This document shows, in pieces, positions 1 to 8,429 of a stretch of 38,478 nucleotides of DNA. The stretch lies in IMG/VR virus record IMGVR_UViG_3300045988_088148; one strand, written 5' to 3'. Position 1 is the first letter of the stretch; every line of letters begins with the position of its first letter. A model generated the notes under the pieces. That model did no database searches. It saw only the letters and a list, made by a program, of their open reading frames with translations, and was not told the DNA's origin. A program made the position numbers and the translations under genes. The DNA comes from a virus.

Positions 1-55
1 TGGCAGGTCGCGGTCACGGCAAACAGCGGCGTGGTCACGACGTCCGACTGGGTGA
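1..55. repeat. 55-bp terminal overlap, identical to 38424..38478 (circular-contig closure)
   Basis: Read directly: tggcaggtcgcggtcacggcaaacagcggcgtggtcacgacgtccgactgggtga occurs at both ends. Confidence 0.95.
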
Positions 56-1239
56 CGCTCTCAACCGCCGATGCAACGCCGACCGCCGCGCCTCTGAGCC
101 CGGTCGACACGGTGATTGACGGCTCAAAGGACGTACTGTTCCAGTGGCAGCACACGATCTCGACCGGAACGGCGCAGAGCAAGGCAGACCTGCAAAAGAG
201 CGCAGACGGCAGCACATGGACGACGCTTGCAACCGTCACCGGCGCTGCGCGGCAGTGGACGTGTCCTGCCGGGACGCTAACTTCCAGCGTCAAATACTGG
301 CGCGTGCGCACCTACAACGCCGACGGCATTGCGGGCGCATGGAGCGAGGCGGCGCAGATCGTCGTGATCGCCGCACCGTCGGCCCCGAGCATCCAGATCA
401 AGAGCACGGGCCCGCGCCCATCCATCAGCTGGCAGACCTCCGAGCAGGAGGCGTACCAGGTGGAGCTGGACGGCGTTTTATCCGGCGGCACGCACTACGG
501 CACGGAAAAGACATGGACGAGCCCCGCGTATCTTTCGGACGGCAGCCACACGGTGCGCGTGCGCGTGCAGAATCAGTACGGCATGTGGTCCGACTGGGGC
601 GCGGCGGCTTTGCCTGTCACCAACACGCCGGGCGCGAGTATCACGCTGACCGTGCAGGCATCGAGCGTCGCGGATCTCAGTTGGCAGACCTCCGGCAGCT
701 ACGATTTTTACCTTGTGTACCGGAATGGCAAGCCCATCGCGAAGCTCGCCCAGACGCAGTACACCGACGAGCTGTCCTCCGGCAGCACGACGTACCAGGT
801 GCGCGGCTGCTACAACGATTCAAGCAACTACGGCCTGTCCACGGCGGTCACAGTCGATGTCCGCGCGGAGGTGCATCAGGTGTCAGACTTGGACACCGGC
901 CAGACCTTGAGACTCCCATACTCGGACAGCCAGCACCGGCAGACGACGCGGACACTTTCCCGGCAGGTCGAGCTTTTGCAGCTCTCCGGCGCGTATTACC
1001 CCGTCGCGGTCGAGGTCGACTCCGGCACGGACTCGCTCAGCATCACGGCGGCGCTGCTCGATGAGAGCGAGATCAGGCAGCTCATGGGACTTGTGGGCAA
1101 TCTTGTCTGCGCAAAGACGCCGCAGGGCGACATGGTTATCGGCTACATCACGAGCCTGCCGAAGCAGCACGACGGCTTTTTGAACGTCTTTAATTTCACG
1201 GTCGAGCAAATCGACTATGACGACGAGGTGACGCTATGA
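1..1239 (+). CDS. Tail distal / host-interaction protein with FN3/Ig-like repeats, 3' part (5' part is 37689..38478; gene split by linearisation of a circular contig)
   Basis: Frame 1 is open from base 1. Bases 1-55 are identical to 38424-38478 and the frame is continuous across the junction (...IQWQVAVTANSGVVTTSDWVTLS...). Repeated beta-rich ~90-aa modules (e.g. YWRVRTYNADGIAGAWSE, WQTSGSYDFYLVYRNG). C-terminal ~120 aa resemble siphovirus distal tail proteins. Lies directly after the tape measure gene. Confidence 0.75.
   Translation, partial: WQVAVTANSGVVTTSDWVTLSTADATPTAAPLSPVDTVIDGSKDVLFQWQHTISTGTAQSKADLQKSADGSTWTTLATVTGAARQWTCPAGTLTSSVKYWRVRTYNADGIAGAWSEAAQIVVIAAPSAPSIQIKSTGPRPSISWQTSEQEAYQVELDGVLSGGTHYGTEKTWTSPAYLSDGSHTVRVRVQNQYGMWSDWGAAALPVTNTPGASITLTVQASSVADLSWQTSGSYDFYLVYRNGKPIAKLAQTQYTDELSSGSTTYQVRGCYNDSSNYGLSTAVTVDVRAEVHQVSDLDTGQTLRLPYSDSQHRQTTRTLSRQVELLQLSGAYYPVAVEVDSGTDSLSITAALLDESEIRQLMGLVGNLVCAKTPQGDMVIGYITSLPKQHDGFLNVFNFTVEQIDYDDEVTL
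880..896 (+). repeat. Dispersed motif copy (exact GTGTCAGACTTGGACAC, then CGG)
   Basis: Inside the tail gene, read as GTG TCA GAC TTG GAC ACC (VSDLDT). Confidence 0.9.
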
Positions 1240-2279
1240 CGCACAAGGTATCTTACCGCGTGGACGTGCTGCGGCGCGGCGCGAAGTTCTCGGAGCTGCG
1301 CTGGCTCAAGGACTCCGCGCCCGACGTGCTCGTCGACGCGTCCGGAGACATCATGGGAAGCCTCGGTGGAACATTTATGCACAACCCAGATATCGAGTAT
1401 CTTTCCGACGAGCTCCAGCCTGTGCTGGAGCTTGACGGGCAAGAGTACCCCTTGGGCGTGTACCGGATCACGACGTACTCGGACACCGTCAGCGCGCAAG
1501 GGCACTTCCTCCGGCTCGACGCGTACGACCGCAGTTGGATGATCCAGACGATCAAGACGGAAGGCATCCTGCATCTGGCCGCCGGCACGAACTATCTGAC
1601 GGCGGTGCAGCAGCTGATGACGCAGGCCGGCATCGGCCTCGTGATCGCCACCCCCACGAGCGAGACCTTGCAGACCGACCGCGAAGACTGGCAGGAAGGA
1701 ACCGATTATCTCACGATCTGCAATCAGCTGCTGGGCGAGATCAACTACAAGCCAGTATGGTTTGACGGCAGCGGCATCGGGCACCTGGAGCCAAAGGCAA
1801 CACCAAATGCGGCAAATATCCGCTGGCGCTACTCGAGCACGGATATCCGGCTGCTGGCTCCCGTCTCGCGCGATATGTCGCAGGAGCAGGACATCTTCGA
1901 CGCGCCGAATGTCTTTGTCGCCATTTGCAGCAATCCGGATTTGGCAACGCCGCTTGTGGCACGTGCAGAAAACAACAGCCCGTCCAGCTCCATCTCCATT
2001 TTCAAGCGCGGGCAGCGCATCACACAGGTGGTCAAAGTGGACAATATCGCCTCGCAGGAGGCGCTGCAAGCCTACGTGGACGATCTTTGTTTCCAGTCCC
2101 AGCTCGGTACCCGGACGATCACGTTCTACGGCCTGCCGGAGGGTGGGCACGGCGTGGGCGACGTTCTGAGCATCGACGCGTCGGAATTCGGCGGCATCTA
2201 CGAGGAGACCGGCTGGCAGCTGAGATTAAGCCCCGGCGAGCTCATGACCCATACCGCGAAAAGGACGGTGATCGCATGA
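1236..2279 (+). CDS. Tail-associated / baseplate hub protein (Tal N-terminal-domain-like)
   Basis: ATG overlaps the upstream stop (ATGA). 347 aa. Synteny TMP-Dit-Tal in siphoviruses. No sharp motif recognised. Confidence 0.5.
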   Translation: MTHKVSYRVDVLRRGAKFSELRWLKDSAPDVLVDASGDIMGSLGGTFMHNPDIEYLSDELQPVLELDGQEYPLGVYRITTYSDTVSAQGHFLRLDAYDRSWMIQTIKTEGILHLAAGTNYLTAVQQLMTQAGIGLVIATPTSETLQTDREDWQEGTDYLTICNQLLGEINYKPVWFDGSGIGHLEPKATPNAANIRWRYSSTDIRLLAPVSRDMSQEQDIFDAPNVFVAICSNPDLATPLVARAENNSPSSSISIFKRGQRITQVVKVDNIASQEALQAYVDDLCFQSQLGTRTITFYGLPEGGHGVGDVLSIDASEFGGIYEETGWQLRLSPGELMTHTAKRTVIA

Positions 2280-2497
2280 CGGGATTGCAGACCACGGAGC
2301 CGACCGCGGCGGAGCTTGCCACCGTCGGCGCAAAATACGCAGACGGCTTGAGCCTGATCTTCGACGGCCAGACGCAGCCTTCTGCCAAGCACTACAAGTG
2401 CAACACCGATATTACGTTTCAGGCGGGCGACCGCGTGAAGATCTGCCGCATCAGCGGCACCTACGTCGTCGAGTACGTCGTAGGCAATCCAAAGTGA
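2276..2497 (+). CDS. Small tail-module protein, unknown function
   Basis: ORF-track entry 1925..2497 trimmed to the ATG at 2276, which overlaps the upstream stop. 73 aa. Confidence 0.5.
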   Translation: MTGLQTTEPTAAELATVGAKYADGLSLIFDGQTQPSAKHYKCNTDITFQAGDRVKICRISGTYVVEYVVGNPK

Positions 2498-2506
2498 GGT
2501 GATACC

Positions 2507-2803
2507 ATGCGCGAAAAAATTCAAAATGCGCTTTCGGTGGAAGTGACGGGCGCGGATCTGACGAAGGCGACGAGGCTTCAGTTCTGGCTCAAGCAGGGCG
2601 AGCTGTTTTTTGAGTACGCGCCGCAGATCGTAGACCAGACGCATTTGCTTGTCATCATCCCCTTTGCCGACGCGATGCAGCTCGACCCCGGCAAGAGCGC
2701 ACGGCTCCAGCTGGCGCTGACGGACGCGGACGGCAACCCGCAGGCGGCGGATATTGTCTCGACGCCGGTTAAGGACCTACTCAAGGAGGCGGGATATGCT
2801 TAA
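2507..2803 (+). CDS. Tail-module protein, unknown function
   Basis: RBS gaggtga 5 nt before the ATG. 98 aa. Co-oriented and tightly packed. Confidence 0.55.
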   Translation: MREKIQNALSVEVTGADLTKATRLQFWLKQGELFFEYAPQIVDQTHLLVIIPFADAMQLDPGKSARLQLALTDADGNPQAADIVSTPVKDLLKEAGYA

Positions 2804-3026
2804 AATGGTGCTTTCCCAGCCGGAGATTCGGATGCGGATTGAGCCCGCAAAGGTGGTTTATCAGGGCGGCGAGGCGTATGAAGGGGACTATGAGATCACC
2901 CCGTCGGAGAAATTGCAGACGCTTCCCACGGCGAACCGGATGCTGGCCAGAAATATTGTCGTCGCGCCCATCCCGCAGAACTACGGGCGGATCACCTACA
3001 ACGGCGGCGGAATCATAATAACGTAA
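2796..3026 (+). CDS. Tail-module protein, unknown function
   Basis: ATG at 2796 preceded by aaggaggcggg. In frame with ORF-track 2754..3026. 76 aa. Confidence 0.5.
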   Translation: MLKMVLSQPEIRMRIEPAKVVYQGGEAYEGDYEITPSEKLQTLPTANRMLARNIVVAPIPQNYGRITYNGGGIIIT

Positions 3027-3036
3027 GGAGTGCACT

Positions 3037-3699
3037 ATGGCGAAAAATGTAAAAATCAGAGACGTAACGTATGAGAGCGTCCCGAATGTGGAAATCCCCC
3101 TTGCAGACGGCTCGGGCACGGCAAAATTCGTGGACACGGGAAGCGGCGACGCGGCGGCCAGCGACATCCGAGCCGGGAAAAAGGCATGGGCAGACGGCAG
3201 CGAGGTCACGGGCTCCGTCATGGAGAAGGGCGCGGGCGACGTAAGCGTCAACGGTAAAAACGTCATCATTCCGGCGGGCATCTACGACGACCCGGTGACC
3301 AAGAGCGTCGGCGACGGCACAGTCACCCCCGGCGCGGCGGTTGCGGGTACGGTGCTCGGCGACACGCAGACGGACTATGAGATTACGGTCACGCCATCGG
3401 CGGCGGTCTCCGCCGGATATGTCTCCGGCGACAAAAACGGTGCGGAGATCAAGAAGTACGTGCAGGTGGAAGAGAAGCAGGCTACGCCGTCCACGGCTGC
3501 GCAGGACGTGACCCCCTCCAGCGGGAAGCTGCTTAAAAAGGTGCGTGTGGCCGCCGTGGACGTGTCCGCAACCGCGACGGAGGACAATGTACCGACCGGC
3601 ATCACCTTTTTCTCCAACAGTCTGATCCGGAAGACCGGGCGGGCAAAATTTCCATCGATCACACAGGACGAGCTGACCAAAGTGCTGACGATCCAGTAA
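3037..3699 (+). CDS. Tail fibre / receptor-binding protein, paralogue 1
   Basis: RBS taaggag. N-terminal ~60 aa align with the next gene (M..NV.I....Y..VP...IP...G.GTA.FVDT). Confidence 0.6.
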   Translation: MAKNVKIRDVTYESVPNVEIPLADGSGTAKFVDTGSGDAAASDIRAGKKAWADGSEVTGSVMEKGAGDVSVNGKNVIIPAGIYDDPVTKSVGDGTVTPGAAVAGTVLGDTQTDYEITVTPSAAVSAGYVSGDKNGAEIKKYVQVEEKQATPSTAAQDVTPSSGKLLKKVRVAAVDVSATATEDNVPTGITFFSNSLIRKTGRAKFPSITQDELTKVLTIQ

Positions 3700-3709
3700 G
3701 GAGGGCGCG

Positions 3710-5083
3710 ATGGGACAGAACGTAACAATCGCGGGCGCGTCGTACCCGGATGTCCCGGCGCTGGACATCCCGAAGACGGGCGGCGGCACGGCGCGCTTTG
3801 TGGATACGGCGGACGATACCGTCACCCCCGAGACGCTCAAATCCGGAGTGACGGCGCACGACGCTTCGGGCGCGAAGATCACCGGCACGTTAGATACCGC
3901 GCCGCCCAAGGAGTCGGACATCAATTTCTGGGACTACGACGGGACGCTTTTGTATGCGTGGACATTCGCCGAGCTGGCCACAAAGACCGAGCTGCCGCCC
4001 CTTCCGAGCCATGACGGCCTCATTTGTCAGGGCTGGAACTGGACGCTCCAAGACATCAAGGACGCAGGGCGTGAGCTCGATATCGGCGCGCTGTACATTA
4101 CCAATGACGGCAAGACGCGCCTTTATGTAGATGTGGACACCGAGACGTGGGACGATTTTGTTCTCAATTACTGGCAGAGCACGAGAAACGCCACGACCGT
4201 AGACTGGGGCGACGGCACAACCCCGGAAACAAAAAACGCAGATTCTTGGATCGAGCATCGGCATGTGTACGCCTCCAGCGGCTCATACGTGATCACGATG
4301 AGTGTCAAAGAGGGTACGACAATGCGGCTTGGGAACGGCTCAAACGGTCGAAGGCTGATTGCAAACGACGAAACCGATAGTGGCCGCTGCGCGATGCTGC
4401 GGAGAGTTGAGGTTGGCGCAAGGGTAACAACCATAACTGATCGAACATTTCAGTCCTGTCGTCGACTTGAAAGTATCTCTATTCCACAGAATGTGGAAGT
4501 TATAGGATATATAACATTTAATCAGGCAACGCAGTTGCGTGTGATCGTTATCCAAAGCATTACAAACGTGTTTAGGACATTTTACAACTGCACCAACTTA
4601 CGCGCCATCGCTGGGCCTGGTACGATGGACTATACAGACGAGTACACCCTAAGTAATACGGCTTTGCGGCAATTAAATGCTGCTGTAACGACCGCTTACG
4701 CGACGTATGCGCTCGAGCGCGTCCACATCAAGGCTGTCAACGGTCAAGTTGGAGATTTTTCTTCCTGCGTGTCTCTGCTGGAAGTCACCATCCCAGCGGA
4801 CGCTACAACCTTTGTCACTGCCGCATTTCAGGGCGACAATGCGCTGCGCAGGGTGACGTGCCTCGGGGATATCGCGAGCATCCCAGCGCAGGTGTTCCAA
4901 CGATGTTATCCGCTGCGGTTTGTGGACTTTACCCACTGTACGGCTGTGCCCACACTGGCCAACGTCAACGCGTTCGATGCAACACATCCGCAGCTGGAAA
5001 TCAGAGTTCCCGCGTCTCTGGCGGACGCGTGGAAAGCGGCAACAAACTGGAGTTCGCTGGCAGACCATATTGTGGGGGTGTGA
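3710..5083 (+). CDS. Tail fibre / receptor-binding protein, paralogue 2, with BspA-type leucine-rich repeats
   Basis: Shares its N-terminus with 3037..3699. C-terminal half has ~23-aa LRR_5-like units (ITDRTFQSCRRLESISIPQNVEVIGYITFNQATQL..., FSSCVSLLEVTIPADATTF..., AFQGDNALRRVTC...). AT-richer patch around 4380-4720. Confidence 0.65.
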   Translation: MGQNVTIAGASYPDVPALDIPKTGGGTARFVDTADDTVTPETLKSGVTAHDASGAKITGTLDTAPPKESDINFWDYDGTLLYAWTFAELATKTELPPLPSHDGLICQGWNWTLQDIKDAGRELDIGALYITNDGKTRLYVDVDTETWDDFVLNYWQSTRNATTVDWGDGTTPETKNADSWIEHRHVYASSGSYVITMSVKEGTTMRLGNGSNGRRLIANDETDSGRCAMLRRVEVGARVTTITDRTFQSCRRLESISIPQNVEVIGYITFNQATQLRVIVIQSITNVFRTFYNCTNLRAIAGPGTMDYTDEYTLSNTALRQLNAAVTTAYATYALERVHIKAVNGQVGDFSSCVSLLEVTIPADATTFVTAAFQGDNALRRVTCLGDIASIPAQVFQRCYPLRFVDFTHCTAVPTLANVNAFDATHPQLEIRVPASLADAWKAATNWSSLADHIVGV

Positions 5084-5085
5084 GC

Positions 5086-5358
5086 ATGATCGTAAGAGAG
5101 CACTACAAAACGCGCACGGACGGTGTAGAGCTGTACAAAACATACTCTAATGCGGGCTATCTCATCCGGCAAGCGGAGACGGGCGCAGAGTACGATGAGG
5201 CCATCGACGTTGACGGTACGTCGCACACCTACACGGAGACGGATAAGCTTGTCACAGACAATTTTGACATCGAGACGGCAAGCCCGGAGCAGCTGCGTGA
5301 GAGGCTTCTCGACACCGAGACGGCGGCGAAGATCTTACTGGGGGAGGAAGCGCCATGA
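5086..5358 (+). CDS. Hypothetical protein (tail fibre-associated position)
   Basis: ATG at 5086, in frame with ORF-track 4858..5358, directly after the fibre stop. 90 aa. Confidence 0.5.
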   Translation: MIVREHYKTRTDGVELYKTYSNAGYLIRQAETGAEYDEAIDVDGTSHTYTETDKLVTDNFDIETASPEQLRERLLDTETAAKILLGEEAP

Positions 5359-5756
5359 CGTACACGGAGAGGGCACGAAAAATGCGCCCGTACATCGAAC
5401 AGGCGGCAAGCGCTTTGGACGACAAGACTGTCAGCCTCGCGCCGGAGCTGCTGGGGACGCTGACCGACGACGGCAGCCTCGTCAAGGCGGGCACGCGCAT
5501 CAACTGGCACGGCAAGATCAAAAAAGCCGCCGTCGACCTCTGGGACACCGAACAGAACACGCCCGACGAAGCGCCTACGCTCTGGGAGGACGTGCAGTAC
5601 CGGGACGGATACAGGATCATCCCCGAGACCATCACCGCCACGCTGGCCTTTTCAAAGGGCGAGAAAGGCTGGTGGGGAGACAACCTGTATGAGTCGCTCA
5701 TGGACGGGAATGTGTTTACCCCGACGGTCGCCCCGACGGTCTGGAAGAAAGTATAG
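5355..5756 (+). CDS. Hypothetical protein; Trp/Tyr-rich ends vaguely like small carbohydrate-binding modules
   Basis: ATGA overlap with the upstream gene. 133 aa. W...G.......W and WWGDNLY....G..F motifs. Weak call. Confidence 0.5.
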   Translation: MTYTERARKMRPYIEQAASALDDKTVSLAPELLGTLTDDGSLVKAGTRINWHGKIKKAAVDLWDTEQNTPDEAPTLWEDVQYRDGYRIIPETITATLAFSKGEKGWWGDNLYESLMDGNVFTPTVAPTVWKKV

Positions 5757-5786
5757 CGCCGCCTCCGGGCGAGAAAGGAGACAGAT

Positions 5787-6086
5787 ATGGACGACGGAAT
5801 TCAGGCGCAGGTCGCATCGATCGACGCGCGCTGCAAATCCAACCAGCACCGCATCGACGAGCTCGAGGCGGACAACAAGGCGCTTCACCAGATGGCTACC
5901 TCCGTGGAGGTGCTGGCGACGAAGCAGGAGACGATCGAGTCGAACGTGAACGAGATCAAGACCGACGTGAAAGCCCTCAAGGCGCTCCCCGGCAGCCGCT
6001 GGGAGGGGCTTATCAAGGCAGCCGTGACAGCGATCGTCGCGGCGCTGGTCGGCTACGCACTGGCTCTGGCGGGGCTGGGAGGCTAG
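5787..6086 (+). CDS. xhlA: XhlA-like lysis-associated membrane protein
   Basis: Coiled-coil N-terminus plus a single C-terminal TM (LIKAAVTAIVAALVGYALALAGL). Sits directly before holin-like genes and the endolysin. Confidence 0.7.
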   Translation: MDDGIQAQVASIDARCKSNQHRIDELEADNKALHQMATSVEVLATKQETIESNVNEIKTDVKALKALPGSRWEGLIKAAVTAIVAALVGYALALAGLGG

Positions 6087-6087
6087 T

Positions 6088-6342
6088 ATGGCAGACGGGC
6101 AGAAAAAGCCGCAGCGGAAGACGAAGGGGCGCATGGCGCGGGAGCTGGTCTACTACTGCATTTACGCCCTGACGCTTACGCTCGCGTGGGCAGTGGTCGT
6201 CAAGACGGTCGCGGTCATCCTTGACCGCCCGTCCGACCTCTCCGACGTGCTGATCTTCGCGGCGGCGGCGTTCGGCGGGGAGCTGCTGCTCCTGCTGTGT
6301 AAGAGAGTATTTGCAAAACCAAATGACGATGGAGGTACATAA
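6088..6342 (+). CDS. Small two-TM membrane protein (holin-like)
   Basis: 84 aa, basic N-terminus, two hydrophobic helices. In the lysis cassette. Confidence 0.55.
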   Translation: MADGQKKPQRKTKGRMARELVYYCIYALTLTLAWAVVVKTVAVILDRPSDLSDVLIFAAAAFGGELLLLLCKRVFAKPNDDGGT

Positions 6343-6551
6343 TGGATAATATCAAAAAGCGGCTGGGCAATTTGCTCAGCGTCAAATCTCTGGTCACGCT
6401 GGTGCTGACCGGCGTGTTTGCCTATATGTCCGTTGCGGGCAAAATCTCGCAGGACTTTATGACGATCTACGCCGTAATCATCGCGTTTTATTTTGGCACG
6501 CAGAGCCAGAAGACGCAGGATGTGCTGGACGGCACAACGGAGGGCAAGTGA
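6342..6551 (+). CDS. Putative holin
   Basis: 69 aa, two TM helices (SLVTLVLTGVFAYMSV, MTIYAVIIAFYFG), polar C-terminus. Immediately upstream of the endolysin with overlapping stop/start. Confidence 0.6.
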   Translation: MDNIKKRLGNLLSVKSLVTLVLTGVFAYMSVAGKISQDFMTIYAVIIAFYFGTQSQKTQDVLDGTTEGK

Positions 6552-7255
6552 TGGCGGTAACGATTGGGCAGGCCTCCATTGATGAGCGTGGCCAGATCAC
6601 CGGCGGCCAGGCCGGGAACCAGTCCGGCAGGGAGCTCAACACACGCCCGTGGTACGCCAACGGCTGGACGCTGGTCCTGCGCCCGAAGAGCCGGACGGTC
6701 GCGCTAAAGATGGTCGCGGCATGCACGGCGGGCGTAAAAAATAAGCACATCGGCTACGATCAGAGCCAGCGGAACACACTCCGGGCGTTCGCCAAAATCG
6801 CGCGCTGGAACCTCGGCCAGATCGCGGCGGACTGCGAGACGGACTGCTCGGCGTTTATGGCCGTCTGCGCGGAGGCTGCCGGGGTCAACATAGAGCCCGC
6901 CTACACGGCAGGCAACGCCCCGGCAACGTTCCAGATGCGCCAGCAGTGGGGCAAGACGGGTGCTTTTGAGCTGCTTACAGATCGTAAGTATCTGGATTCG
7001 CCCGATTATCTGATTGCGGGCGACGTGCTGGTAAATGAGAGCCGCCACACCTGCATGGCGCTGACGGACGGACGATTTGCAGAGGAGGAAAAAGAAATGG
7101 TTGAAAAGAGCAAGATCATCGTAGACGGCAAGGAAGTCGCCGTGGAGCGCATCCTGAAGGGCGGCACGAACTACGTAAAAGTGCGTGATCTCGCTGCCGC
7201 CCTCGGGCTCGAGGTGAGCAATCAGGGCAATATCGCCGTGCTGACGCATAAGTAA
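6551..7255 (+). CDS. Endolysin: Cys/His peptidase-like N-terminal domain plus Cu-amine-oxidase-N-like wall-binding C-terminal domain
   Basis: ATG overlaps the holin TGA. Catalytic-type Cys context ETDCSAFM and later SRHTCM. C-terminal KIIVDGKEVAVERILKGGTNYVKVRDLAAALGLEV is typical of the Cu_amine_oxidN1-like stalk domain of clostridial lysins. Confidence 0.7.
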   Translation: MAVTIGQASIDERGQITGGQAGNQSGRELNTRPWYANGWTLVLRPKSRTVALKMVAACTAGVKNKHIGYDQSQRNTLRAFAKIARWNLGQIAADCETDCSAFMAVCAEAAGVNIEPAYTAGNAPATFQMRQQWGKTGAFELLTDRKYLDSPDYLIAGDVLVNESRHTCMALTDGRFAEEEKEMVEKSKIIVDGKEVAVERILKGGTNYVKVRDLAAALGLEVSNQGNIAVLTHK

Positions 7256-7290
7256 GCTGTCTGCCGCGCCCTTCCGGAAGGAGGGACGCC

Positions 7291-7539
7291 ATGGCAAGCG
7301 CAAGAGTCCATATCCCAGACGACTTATCCGGTTTGCTGCAAAGCGAGTGGGAGCGCGTCATACGCGAGGCCGGATACAGCAGGCAGGACGCCGAGATCGT
7401 GCGCCGCTACATCGTGGGCAAAGCGCCACAGATCGACGTGGCCGTCGAGTTGTGCATGGAGCGGAGCACGCTGTCAAGACGCCTGCCCGGGATTTATACG
7501 AGGGCGCGGCAGACAGCAAAGAGGCTCAACATGATATAG
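7291..7539 (+). CDS. Sigma-70 region-4-like HTH DNA-binding protein
   Basis: RBS ggaggga. 82 aa. Pattern SRQDAEIVRRYIVGKAPQIDVAVELCMERSTLSRRL. Confidence 0.5.
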   Translation: MASARVHIPDDLSGLLQSEWERVIREAGYSRQDAEIVRRYIVGKAPQIDVAVELCMERSTLSRRLPGIYTRARQTAKRLNMI

Positions 7540-7544
7540 CAAAC

Positions 7545-7578
7545 CCCGGTGTCCAAGTTGGACACCGGGTGTTTTTAT
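7545..7578. terminator. Bidirectional intrinsic terminator built on a perfect 25-bp palindrome (contains a dispersed-motif variant)
   Basis: CCCGGTGTCCAA-G-TTGGACACCGGG (7545-7569) followed by TGTTTTTATT. Lies between convergent genes 7291..7539 (+) and 7575..8054 (-). Confidence 0.65.
7549..7565. repeat. Dispersed motif variant GTGTCCAAGTTGGACAC (symmetrised form)
   Basis: Both arms are the conserved half-site TTGGACACCG. Confidence 0.8.
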
Positions 7579-8054
7579 TGCATCGCCCTGAAAAAAGCGA
7601 GGCTCCAAACGCCTTGCTGCTCGAGCGTGAGGCATTTGTCAAAGTTGGCCGTAAACGTATCGATGTCGATTTTTCCGTACTGCTCGGCAATCGCGCGGTC
7701 GATCTCTTCGGTGGCTTTGCCCATCGCGTGGAGCTTGCGGACCATAATGGTCGCCCATTTGATGGGGTAACGTTGCGCGTTGTCAATGTCGCTCTGGCTC
7801 CGTGTATTTGTTGCCTTGCGGCAGATCGCAAAGATCGTCGCCAGCGCCTGGATCTGCTCGGTTGTCATAGTCGTCACCTCCCTGCTCATGTAGTCCCCGA
7901 TCCAGCCGCGCAAGAGCTCGTTGGGGTTTGTTCCGTCTTCCTGCGCGGCGGCTTTAAACGCTTCCGCGTCTTCTCGCCGCATCTTGCACCCAATTACGGT
8001 GCGGTTCCCCGCGTCCCACTTGTTCCGGGCGCGTTTTTGTGCCTCAGTTGGCAT
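7575..8054 (-). CDS. Ribbon-helix-helix-like N-terminus fused to an unknown C-terminal domain
   Basis: Start moved to the ATG at 8054 (RBS gaggga). N-terminus is MPTEAQKRARNKWDAGNRTVIGCKMRREDAEAFKAAAQEDGTNPNELLRGWI (Arc/CopG-like pattern). An in-frame internal ATG (around 7869) has a strong RBS gggaggtg. Confidence 0.5.
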   Translation of the reverse strand: MPTEAQKRARNKWDAGNRTVIGCKMRREDAEAFKAAAQEDGTNPNELLRGWIGDYMSREVTTMTTEQIQALATIFAICRKATNTRSQSDIDNAQRYPIKWATIMVRKLHAMGKATEEIDRAIAEQYGKIDIDTFTANFDKCLTLEQQGVWSLAFFRAMQ

Positions 8055-8074
8055 TTGGATTCCCTCGCTTTGGC

Positions 8075-8344
8075 TTAGGCACGAGCGAGCCGCTCGTATC
8101 TGGTGGTGTATCCCGGGACCATGATGCAGGGCTGTTCGTCGCCGCACAGGACATCCTGCAAGCGATAATTGTAACCGTCCAGCGTGACGACGATTTCGCC
8201 AGCAGCGTTTTTCGCCGGGGCGAACTTCTCGGGGATGACGACGTCAAGCGGCTCGGAGACGGTGGCGTCGGTTTCGGCCGTGGTGTAGATGCAGCGCTTT
8301 TCAGCTGCAAGCATTCCGTAGTTTGCATAAATAGTAGCTTTCAT
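8075..8344 (-). CDS. Hypothetical 89-aa protein (first gene of the minus-strand moron cassette)
   Basis: RBS aggagg 7 nt before the ATG. Stops 20 nt before the next gene. Confidence 0.55.
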   Translation of the reverse strand: MKATIYANYGMLAAEKRCIYTTAETDATVSEPLDVVIPEKFAPAKNAAGEIVVTLDGYNYRLQDVLCGDEQPCIMVPGYTTRYERLARA

Positions 8345-8400
8345 TTTCGTTTCCTCCTGCCCCGTGTTGGGGTTTGTTTTTTGTTTATCTCTATGGTTTT

Positions 8401-8429
8401 ATTATATACGGTTTACCCGTATATGTCAA
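8401..8429 (-). promoter_or_regulatory. Consensus sigma-70 promoter TTGACA-17-TATAAT with an inverted-repeat operator in the spacer
   Basis: Minus strand reads TTGACAtatacgggtaaaccgtaTATAAT. Spacer contains ATATACGG-N5-CCGTATAT (8404-8424). About 50 nt upstream of the 8344 start. Confidence 0.7.

Noticed and set aside
1-55. The 55-bp terminal direct repeat as a biological terminal redundancy or cos end
   Set aside because: It lies inside a continuous ORF, far from the HNH/terminase region. An exact short overlap of this kind is what assemblers leave on circular contigs.
3710-5083. Diversity-generating retroelement targeting the fibre/LRR gene
   Set aside because: There is no reverse transcriptase gene anywhere in the window, and I found no template/variable repeat pair with A-specific mismatches.
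5787-7255. The lysis cassette as something unusual
   Set aside because: XhlA-like protein, two small membrane proteins and an endolysin form a standard arrangement for Firmicutes phages. It is annotated but not flagged.
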